18,297 nucleotides of DNA. Origin: Candidatus Methylomirabilia bacterium. GTDB taxonomy: Bacteria; Methylomirabilota; Methylomirabilia; Rokubacteriales; CSP1-6. Shown here piece after piece: positions 8,448 to 15,614 of this stretch. Below the pieces are notes generated by a model. The model did not search any database. It was not told where the DNA came from and was given only the letters and a program-made list of their open reading frames with translations. Each line of letters begins with the position of its first letter. The stretch's first letter is position 1. Made by a program: the position numbers and the translations under genes. The stretch spans positions 1 through 18,297 of the forward strand of contig JBGQHJ010000099.1 in the NCBI GenBank assembly GCA_041497895.1. Direction: 5' to 3'.

Positions 8448-10295
8448 TCAGTGCAGGGCGTCCAGCACCTCGGCCACGACCTCGAAGCGCCCGAAGGAGG
8501 GCATCAGGTAGACACCGGCGTGACGCGCGCGCACCTCGTGGAGGAGAGCCTGCGCCATCTCGATCCCGGCGCGCAGCCCGCGCTCGCCCGCCTCCTTCAT
8601 CCGCGCCCGCACGCCGTCCGGCACCGTGATGCCGGGCACCTCGTTGTGCAGGAACTCGGCGTGCCGGGAAGAATGGAGCGGCATGATGCCCACCAGCAGC
8701 GGGATGGGGGGCCGGGTGCGGGCGAAGAACCGCTCGAGCACCTCGAGGTCGTACACCGGCTGGGTCTGCACCCATCGTGCGCCCGCCTCCACCTTGGCGA
8801 GAAAGCGCTCCATCTCGCGCTCGGGCTCGGAGGCGGCGGGGTTCAGGGCCACGCCCACGCAGAAGGCGGTGGGCTCGCCGATCGACGTGCCGGTGGCGTC
8901 GAGGCCGCGGTTCATGCCGGCGAGCACGCGGATGAGCCCGATCGCGTCCACGTCGAAGACCGCGGTGGCGTTGACGTAGTCGCCGGTGCGCGGCGGATCG
9001 CCGGTCATCGCGAGGATGTTGCGGATGTCCATCGCGTGGGCCCCGAGCAGGTCGGCCTGGATGCCCATCAGGTTCCGGTCGCGACACGTGAAGTGCATGT
9101 TGATGTCGAGCCCGCTCGCATCGCGGACCAGCATCGCGGTGGGCAGCACCGACATCCGAACGCGCCCGAGCGAGCCGTCGTTGATGTCGACGATCTCGAC
9201 CCCGCGCTCCTTGAGCAGCTTCGCCCCCTGCACCAGCTTCTCGATGTTGTGGCCTCGGGGCGGATCGAGCTCGACGGTCACCGCGAACTCGCGCGCCTCG
9301 AGCCGCCGCTGGAGAAGCGTGGGCGGCGCGGCGGTGGCGAGCCCGGTGGGCTCCTCCGCCTCGACGCGGGCCCGGCGCGCCGGCTCGACCCGGGCCGCGC
9401 TCCGCTGGGGAACCAGGCGGTCGAGGGCCTCCCGCATCGCCCGGATGTGCTGCGGCGTCGTTCCGCAGCAGCCGCCCACCATCCGCGCCCCCGCGCCGAT
9501 CATCCTCGCCGCGTAGTCGGCCATGTAGCCGGGCGATGACAGGTACATGAGCCGCTCGCCGACCCGGCTCGGCAGGCCCGCGTTGGGCTGGATGACGAGA
9601 TGGAGGCCGCCGGCCTCCGGCAGCATCTGCTCCAGGATGTCGTAGAGCACGCTCGAGCCGACCGAGCAGTTCGCCCCCACCGCCTGGACCGGCAGCTCGC
9701 GGAGCGCCCGGACGACCTCGGCGGCGGAGCGGCCGGTGAACGTCACCCCGTCGTCGGTGAAGGCCACCTCGGCCACGATCGGCAGATCGGTGATCGCCCG
9801 CACCGCCTCGACCGCGAGGCCCATCTCGGTGAGGTCGGAGAACGTCTCGATCACGAACGCGTCGACGCCCCCCTCGAGGAGCCCCTCGGCCTGCTCGCGG
9901 AAGGCCAGTCGCGCCTCCTCGGGCTCGATGCTGCCGAGCGGCGCCAGGTACTTGCCGAGGGGACCGATCGAGCCGAGCACCAGCACGTCGCGGCCCATGC
10001 TCTCTCGCACGTCGCGCGCGAGCTTGGCCCCGCGGAGGTTGATCTCCCGCACCCGCGCCTGCAGGCCGTGCACCGCGAGCTTGAAGCGGTTGGCACCGAA
10101 GGTGTTCGTCTCGATCACGTCCGAGCCGGCCTGGATGTACTCGGCGTGGATGGACTGCACCACCTTGGTCTCGCTGAGGTTCAGGACGTCGAAGCAGGCG
10201 TCGAGCGGCACGCCGCGCGCGTAGAGCATGGTGCCCATCGCACCGTCGCAGAGGAGCGGCCGCTCCGCGAGGCGGGTCAGGAGCGGGGAGGGCAT
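8448..10295 (-). CDS. yitJ: Bifunctional homocysteine S-methyltransferase / methylenetetrahydrofolate reductase
   Basis: 615 aa. N-half: DGAMGT, ETNTFGAN, GSIGP, GANCS, PNAGLP, GGCCGT. C-half MTHFR: VELDPP, HFTCRDRN, MTGDPP, KVEAGA..VQTQPVYD, HNEVPG. Confidence 0.92.
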   Translation of the reverse strand: MPSPLLTRLAERPLLCDGAMGTMLYARGVPLDACFDVLNLSETKVVQSIHAEYIQAGSDVIETNTFGANRFKLAVHGLQARVREINLRGAKLARDVRESMGRDVLVLGSIGPLGKYLAPLGSIEPEEARLAFREQAEGLLEGGVDAFVIETFSDLTEMGLAVEAVRAITDLPIVAEVAFTDDGVTFTGRSAAEVVRALRELPVQAVGANCSVGSSVLYDILEQMLPEAGGLHLVIQPNAGLPSRVGERLMYLSSPGYMADYAARMIGAGARMVGGCCGTTPQHIRAMREALDRLVPQRSAARVEPARRARVEAEEPTGLATAAPPTLLQRRLEAREFAVTVELDPPRGHNIEKLVQGAKLLKERGVEIVDINDGSLGRVRMSVLPTAMLVRDASGLDINMHFTCRDRNLMGIQADLLGAHAMDIRNILAMTGDPPRTGDYVNATAVFDVDAIGLIRVLAGMNRGLDATGTSIGEPTAFCVGVALNPAASEPEREMERFLAKVEAGARWVQTQPVYDLEVLERFFARTRPPIPLLVGIMPLHSSRHAEFLHNEVPGITVPDGVRARMKEAGERGLRAGIEMAQALLHEVRARHAGVYLMPSFGRFEVVAEVLDALH

Positions 10296-10297
10296 GG

Positions 10298-10864
10298 CTA
10301 CCGCGGCCCCTCGCGGCGCCGCCCCTCACCCTGCCCTCTCCCCAGCGGGGAGAGGGAGAGGCGCGGCTCGAGGGCGAGGAGAACCTGGGCCACCACCTGA
10401 TCGGTGGTGCGTCCGGTGGTGTCGACCGTGAGATCGGCCTGGCGATAGTAAGGCTCGCGCGCGCGATAGACGGCGGCGACCTCGTCGCGGGTCCGGCCCA
10501 CCAGCATCGGGCGCTCGCCCATGCGCCGGGCGCGCTCGTAGAGAACGTCGAAGTCGCCCGAGAGCCACACCACGCTGCCCAGCGCCCGGAGGGCCTCGGG
10601 ACGGCCCTCGCGGCAGAAGAGACCGCCCCCGGTCGCGATCACGTCACCCGACTTGAGCGCGAGCAGTCGCACCGCCTCCTCCTCCAGGCCCCGGAAGTAG
10701 GCCTCGCCGCGGTCGGCGAAGATCTCGGGGATCGAGCGGCCCTCGCGCGCGGTGATCATGTCGTCGGTCTCGACGAAGCAGCGGCCCATGCGCCGGGCGA
10801 GGAGACGCCCCACCGAGGACTTGCCCGCCCCCATGAAGCCGACCAGGATCACGTTGTCGCCCAT
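10298..10864 (-). CDS. aroK: Shikimate kinase
   Basis: 188 aa; NVILVGFMGAGKSSVG (P-loop), IPEIF..GEAYFR..E, VIATGGG, RPML, REPYY. Confidence 0.95.
   Translation of the reverse strand: MGDNVILVGFMGAGKSSVGRLLARRMGRCFVETDDMITAREGRSIPEIFADRGEAYFRGLEEEAVRLLALKSGDVIATGGGLFCREGRPEALRALGSVVWLSGDFDVLYERARRMGERPMLVGRTRDEVAAVYRAREPYYRQADLTVDTTGRTTDQVVAQVLLALEPRLSLSPLGRGQGEGRRREGPR
10323..10356. repeat. Palindromic REP-like element inside the 3' end of aroK
   Basis: CCCTCACCC-TG-CCCTCTCCCC-AGC-GGGGAGAGGG with a perfect 10-bp stem (10334-10343 / 10347-10356). Confidence 0.7.
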
Positions 10865-10879
10865 CAGGTCACCAGCCTA

Positions 10880-11635
10880 TCACCACACCCCCGCGCCCGG
10901 CTGCCGCACCGTGACGGCGGCCGGGGCCCGGCGGTAGGCGCAGTCGCGCATCCAGCAGCGCCGGCACTGGGTGAAGTAGTGATCCACCCGCGCCTCGGGC
11001 CCGAGCCCGACCAGCCAGCTGATGCTCTTGGCCGGCGTCATGAAGCAGGCCTCGTTGAGCTGTACCCCGATCGGCTCGCCGGGGCAGATCCGGAAGAGCC
11101 GCGCCTGCTCGGCGGTGTCCCAGCCGGCGTAACCCGGGCTGATCCGGTTGGTGACCTTGAGCCCCTCCGGGATCGCGGCCTGACAGAGGAGGTCGTTGGC
11201 GTACTCGGCGAGGCTCTCGGCGGCGGCGGAGCCCACGCTGTCGAGCATCACCGCGAGGGGGAACTCGCGGGCGTCGAAGAGCTCGCGCACCCGGGTCTCG
11301 ATGGCCTCACCCACCGTGCAGATGCCCGCCCCGACCGCCTCGATCGGCCCCCAGAGCCGGCCGATCTGCGGGATGGCGAGCCGCTCGCCGCCCGCTCCGA
11401 TCAGGTCCACGCCGCGCTCCTCGACCGGGGCCGCGCGATAGACCAGGCGAGGTGCCATCAGGCATTCCCCGAGCGCGAGCGCCTCCTCGAAGATGGCGAC
11501 CACCGCCGGGCTGGGCAGGTCGACGCCTTTCTGGTAGCCCTGGAAGCGGAGGACCTCGTCGCGGTCGATCGAGAGCGGCAGCCCCTCGAGGACGACCGGG
11601 GTGCGCGAGAGGAGCGAGAAGGCGACCGCGGTCAC
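10880..11635 (-). CDS. Stand-alone B12-dependent methionine synthase activation (AdoMet-binding) domain protein
   Basis: 251 aa from GTG 11635 (GTGA overlap with upstream stop). ICTVG, MLDSVGSAAAE, RISPGYAGW, IGVQLNEACFMTPAKSISWLVG; C-terminal CRRCWMRDCAYR. Confidence 0.85.
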   Translation of the reverse strand: MTAVAFSLLSRTPVVLEGLPLSIDRDEVLRFQGYQKGVDLPSPAVVAIFEEALALGECLMAPRLVYRAAPVEERGVDLIGAGGERLAIPQIGRLWGPIEAVGAGICTVGEAIETRVRELFDAREFPLAVMLDSVGSAAAESLAEYANDLLCQAAIPEGLKVTNRISPGYAGWDTAEQARLFRICPGEPIGVQLNEACFMTPAKSISWLVGLGPEARVDHYFTQCRRCWMRDCAYRRAPAAVTVRQPGAGVW

Positions 11636-12576
11636 CGCGCGCGGCGGGAGCGCACCACGTCGGCGATGAGGCGGATGTGCTCCGGATTCGATCCGCAGCA
11701 GGCCCCCACGATGTTGCACCCCGCGTCGAGCAGCGCCGGGTAGTCCTTGGCCATCGCCTCCGGGCCGAGCTCGTAGGTGGTGCGCCCGCCGGTGGTGATC
11801 GGCAGGCCCGCGTTCGGGTACGCGATGAGCGGGGCGTCGGTGACCTGACGCATCTCGCGGATGATCACGATGGCCCGGTCGGGGCCGCGGCCGCAGTTCA
11901 TGCCCACGATGTCCGCGCCCGCGTCCAGGAGCTGTCGGGCCACGTCGGCCGGGCTGTCGCCCCACATGGTGCGGTCGCGGTCGTGCAGCTCCTCGTACTG
12001 GAAGAACATGGTGGCCATCACCGGCAGATCCGCCACCGCCTTGCAGGCGCGGATCGCGGCGGCCGCCTCCTGCGGGAACATCATGGTCTCGACCGCGAAG
12101 CAGTCCACCCCGCCCGCGGCGAGCGCCTCCGCCTGCTCGCGGAAGGTCTCGAGGTACTCCTCGTCGGTGGCCACGTTCTTGCCGACCCCGTAGTCGAGCG
12201 GCAGGTAGCTGGTCGGCCCGATGGAGCCGGCCACGTAGCCGCCCGGCGGGCAGGCGGCCCGGGCCAGGCGCACGCCCTTGTCGTTCAGCTCGCGGGTGCG
12301 CGCACCCATGTCGTGGCCGTAGCGCTCGTCGTACTCGTGCAGCTTGAGCGCGGTGCCCCCGAAGGTGTTGGTCTCGACGATCTGGGAGCCGGCGTCGAAG
12401 TAGCCCCGGTGGATGCCGCGCACCACGTCGGGATGGGTGTCGTTCCAGAGCTCCGGGCAGTCGCCGTTCTCGAGGCCCGCGTCGAAGAGGGCGGTGCCGT
12501 AGCCGCCGTCGAAGACCAGGCGCTCGCCGGCCCGGACGCGCTCCAAGATCTCCCAGCCGCGCGGGCGCGCCGCCAT
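11632..12576 (-). CDS. Stand-alone homocysteine S-methyltransferase module (MetH N-terminal domain type)
   Basis: 314 aa; DGGYGT, PELWN, ETNTFG, AGSIGPT, VETM, GMNCG, YPNAGLP, GACCGS (three Zn-binding Cys intact). TGATG overlap with corrinoid gene. Confidence 0.92.
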   Translation of the reverse strand: MAARPRGWEILERVRAGERLVFDGGYGTALFDAGLENGDCPELWNDTHPDVVRGIHRGYFDAGSQIVETNTFGGTALKLHEYDERYGHDMGARTRELNDKGVRLARAACPPGGYVAGSIGPTSYLPLDYGVGKNVATDEEYLETFREQAEALAAGGVDCFAVETMMFPQEAAAAIRACKAVADLPVMATMFFQYEELHDRDRTMWGDSPADVARQLLDAGADIVGMNCGRGPDRAIVIIREMRQVTDAPLIAYPNAGLPITTGGRTTYELGPEAMAKDYPALLDAGCNIVGACCGSNPEHIRLIADVVRSRRAR

Positions 12577-13244
12577 CAGGCGTTCACCGGCACGCCCAGC
12601 AGCTCCTTGGCGCGCACCACCGCGATCGTGGAATCCCTGGCGTAGCCGTCCGCGCCGATCTCGTCCGCGTAGGCCTGGTTCACCGGGGCGCCGCCGATCA
12701 TCACCTTGACCTGCGCCCGGAGCCCCGCCTTCTCGAGGGCGTCGATGGTGCGCTTCATGGCCGGCATGGTGGTGGTCATGAGCGCGGAGATGCCGACGAT
12801 CTGGGCGTCGTGCTCCTTCACCGCGGCCACGAACTTCTCGGGCGCCACGTCCCGGCCGAGATTGATCACCTTGAAGCCCGCGCCTTCGAGCATCATCGCG
12901 ACCAGGTTCTTGCCGATGTCGTGGAGGTCCCCCTGCGCGGTGCCGATGACTACCACCCCCAGGTTCTGCCCGGCCCCGCCCGCCTGGGTGATGAGCGGCT
13001 TGAGCAGGTCGAGGCCCGCGTACATGGCCCGCGCCGACAGGAGGACCTGCGGCACGTAGTACTCGTTGCGGCGGAACTTCTCGCCCACCACGTCCATGCC
13101 GGGAATGAGGCCGCGGAAGATGAGGTCCTTCGGGTCCATCGCCAGCGCGAGGCCCTCCCGCGTCTTGCGGGCCACCGTATCCTTGTCGCCCAGGATGAGG
13201 GCGCGGGCCATCACGGGATAGTCGAAGCCGCTCGTGTCACTCAT
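12576..13244 (-). CDS. Stand-alone corrinoid (cobalamin-binding) protein, cap + B12-binding domains
   Basis: 222 aa from ATG 13244 (ATGA overlap). LIPGMDVVGEKF..NEYYVPQVLLSARAM cap; GDLHDIGKNLV (DxHxxG); SALMTTTM; VMIGGAPV; IGADGYA. Confidence 0.95.
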   Translation of the reverse strand: MSDTSGFDYPVMARALILGDKDTVARKTREGLALAMDPKDLIFRGLIPGMDVVGEKFRRNEYYVPQVLLSARAMYAGLDLLKPLITQAGGAGQNLGVVVIGTAQGDLHDIGKNLVAMMLEGAGFKVINLGRDVAPEKFVAAVKEHDAQIVGISALMTTTMPAMKRTIDALEKAGLRAQVKVMIGGAPVNQAYADEIGADGYARDSTIAVVRAKELLGVPVNA

Positions 13245-14623
13245 GGAGCGGCCCGCTTCACCGTGCTGTAGCCCCCCTTCTGCCAGGCGGTCATGCCGCC
13301 GATGACGTTGTACCAGTTGGCCAGGCCGGCGCGGCTGAGCGCGCTGATCACCGTGCTCGAGCGCAGCCCGCCCGCGCAGACCACCGCCTTCGGGCGGCCG
13401 GTCGGGACGAGGTCCTTCCGGGCGAGGGCCTCGCTCATCGGCACGTGGAGCGCGCCCTCGATGTGGCCCTCGTCCCACTCGAACAGCTCGCGCACGTCGA
13501 TGACCACCAGATCCGGCTGCTCCTCCTTCATGGTGGCGAGGTCGTGCACCGAGATCTGCGGTACCACCTCGACCGGCTGGCCCTGGCTCTTCCACTCGGT
13601 CATGCCCCATTGCAGGTGCCCGGCGATGGTGTCGAGGCCGATCCGCCCCAGCCCCTGCACCGCGCGCTCGAGATCGGTGGGGCTCGACACCACCAGCACC
13701 ACCGGCGCCTCGGGGGGCACGAACAGCCCGGCCCGGTTCGCGAACTGCGGGCTCTCGATCCAGACGTGGATCGCGCCCGGGATGTGGCCCTGGCCGTACT
13801 CCTCGGACGTGCGCACGTCGAGCACGCACGCTCCCTTGTCGATCGCCTCGCGGGTCTGCGCGGCGGACAGGGGCCGCGGCGGGCCGCTCGGGGTCAGGGC
13901 CTGGGCCCGGTTGCGCGCGATGATCCGATCGAAGTTGGGCGGCTTGGGTGGCAGCCCCGTCATCAGGCGCCGGACGAAGTCGTCGACGCCGGTCGCCTGC
14001 AGGGCGGTATTGAAGCGCCGCTCGAACCCGATCGTGGTGGCGGTCTTGCTCGACATCGCCCGGCCGCAGCTCGAGCCGGCGCCGTGCGCCGGGTAGACTT
14101 CCACGCTGTCGGGCAGGCGGAGCAGGCGCTCGGTGAGACTCGCGTAGAGCCGGGCCGCGGCCTGCTCGCCGCCGAAGTCCGGGCGGCCCACGTCGCCCAC
14201 GAACATGGTGTCACCGGTCAGCACGAACCACGGCTCGGTCCCGCGACTCAGGTCGGTGACCAGCAGCGAGATGCTGTCGGGCGTGTGGCCGGGAGTGTGG
14301 ATCACCTCCAGGGCCACGTTCCCCACGCGCAGCTGTCGGCCGTGCTCGACCGGCTCGTGGGCGAAGGCCACGTGGGCAGACGGGTGGATGTGGATGCGCG
14401 CCCCGGTCTTGGCGGCCAGCGCCTGATTGCCCGAGACGTGATCGGCGTGGACGTGCGTCTCCACGATACCGCTGATGTTGAGACCCTTGCGTCGGGCCAG
14501 GGCCACGTAGTCGTCCACCCGATCCCGCGCCGGATCGACGATGAAAGCCTGGCCGGCCTGCGAGCAGCCGATCAGGTAGGAGAGACAGCCGGCCTCCTCG
14601 TTCAGCAGCTGCTGGAAGATCAC
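13241..14623 (-). CDS. MBL-fold persulfide dioxygenase-like protein fused to two rhodanese domains (CstB/Blh-like)
   Basis: 460 aa from GTG 14623. ETHVHADHVSG, HTPGHT, TGDTMFVGDVGRPD, YPAHGAGSSCG, TIGFERRFN; Cys-less rhodanese (LDVR..GHIPGA) then active-type rhodanese (IDVRE..GHIEGA..VCAGGLRS). Confidence 0.92.
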   Translation of the reverse strand: MIFQQLLNEEAGCLSYLIGCSQAGQAFIVDPARDRVDDYVALARRKGLNISGIVETHVHADHVSGNQALAAKTGARIHIHPSAHVAFAHEPVEHGRQLRVGNVALEVIHTPGHTPDSISLLVTDLSRGTEPWFVLTGDTMFVGDVGRPDFGGEQAAARLYASLTERLLRLPDSVEVYPAHGAGSSCGRAMSSKTATTIGFERRFNTALQATGVDDFVRRLMTGLPPKPPNFDRIIARNRAQALTPSGPPRPLSAAQTREAIDKGACVLDVRTSEEYGQGHIPGAIHVWIESPQFANRAGLFVPPEAPVVLVVSSPTDLERAVQGLGRIGLDTIAGHLQWGMTEWKSQGQPVEVVPQISVHDLATMKEEQPDLVVIDVRELFEWDEGHIEGALHVPMSEALARKDLVPTGRPKAVVCAGGLRSSTVISALSRAGLANWYNVIGGMTAWQKGGYSTVKRAAP

Positions 14624-14629
14624 GTCGGA

Positions 14630-14641
14630 AGTATGCCATAC
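14630..14641 (-). promoter_or_regulatory. Extended -10 promoter (probable leaderless start) overlapped by a small palindrome
   Basis: Minus strand TGgCATACT ends 6 nt before GTG 14623; no SD. Palindrome GTATG-C-CATAC at 14631-14641. Confidence 0.55.
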
Positions 14642-14727
14642 CCAGCCCCGGCCGCGCTATGACGCACAGTCAGCGGGGCGGACGTCGGGGATGCGGGCGC
14701 GCATCCGTTCGGGGGCCATCACATCCC

Positions 14728-15420
14728 TCACGAGATAGGCGCGGCCGGCGGCTGGCCTGTCTGCGTCAGCCGGTAGTCGTCGCGATAGGCAGGGTGGTAT
14801 TCGCGCCCGGCCGGTATCGTCTTCAGTACGAGCGACGATTCATCGGTCAGGTAGGCGTAACCGATCTTCTGGATCTCGGCTCGAGGGTCGAGCTGCTCGT
14901 ACAGCTCCCGGCGGGTGACCCGATTCTGCTCGTCGATCATCTCGAGGTGATACAGGTTCACGTCGATCCGCTTGAAGCGGATCCCGGGATTGGTCGGGTG
15001 CCACGGCGAGTGGACCGGTAGATCGTGGAAGGTCTGTCCCCGCCGGAGTCGAAGCCGTACACGATATTTCGCTTGATGAGCGTGCACCATCGAATCGACC
15101 TGGCTGCCCGACGCTCGAACCGCTCGTCCGGATCGACCGCGAGGACCCAATCGGCTCCGATCATCCGGGCTGCCTCGATGAGCCCCTTCCGCACGGAGCC
15201 TTCGTGATACCAGAGTGCCTTGTTGCGAGTGTCGTCCCAGCTGATGTACCCGTCCACCAGAGGAGCGATGTTCTCTAGAAGATCGGGCACGAGAGCGCGG
15301 TCGTAGCGGAACGCAAAGAGGGCGACGACCGCTTGCCCCAGGGCGTGGCGTCGGCTCCACGATGAGGCCAACCGGCACGAGAAACCCTCCGAGCCGGCCA
15401 ATCGGACCTCTCGCGACCAT
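14728..15420 (-). pseudogene. Disrupted GT-A/family 2-like glycosyltransferase
   Basis: Protein-like sequence is split over two frames: AVVALFAFRYD...GADWVLAVDPDERFE...IVYGF (DxD motif) in one, LRRGQTFHDLPVHSPW...NLYHLEMID...YEQLDP...GYAYL in the other. Junction near 15049; region visibly more AT-rich. Confidence 0.6.
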
Positions 15421-15614
15421 TGAGTGGGAATGCGGCACCTCAGTCGGCTGATTCTGCCATCAGCCTATCCTGCTCCCATCCGAGACTGAAGACGACGCGG
15501 GCGACCAAGGTTTCGATCTCGTCGATCGTCACGCGAGCTGATGCCCCGGTCACACATATGCACTCGACGGATGGCGCGCCGCGAGGCATTCTCTCCCGTG
15601 AGAGGAGACGCCCC

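Noticed and set aside
7135..10329. 1064-aa minus-strand ORF
   Set aside because: Off-frame overlay of yitJ and the amidase; Arg/Gly/Ala-rich with no domains.
13245..13829. N-terminal extension of the corrinoid protein (417-aa ORF); likewise 11636-11965 for the activation module
   Set aside because: They overlap bona fide upstream genes in another frame; coupled starts at 13244 and 11635 fit domain boundaries.
14624..14727. Cobalamin riboswitch upstream of the corrinoid operon
   Set aside because: Only about 100 nt are available, no B12-box elements were recognised, and the promoter layout suggests a leaderless transcript.
15470..15580. SAM-I riboswitch (ATC...GAT P1-like pairing, near methionine genes)
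   Set aside because: Lacks the conserved GAGGGA/GGCCC, GCAACC and GGTGC-AA-TCC elements and points away from the methionine genes.
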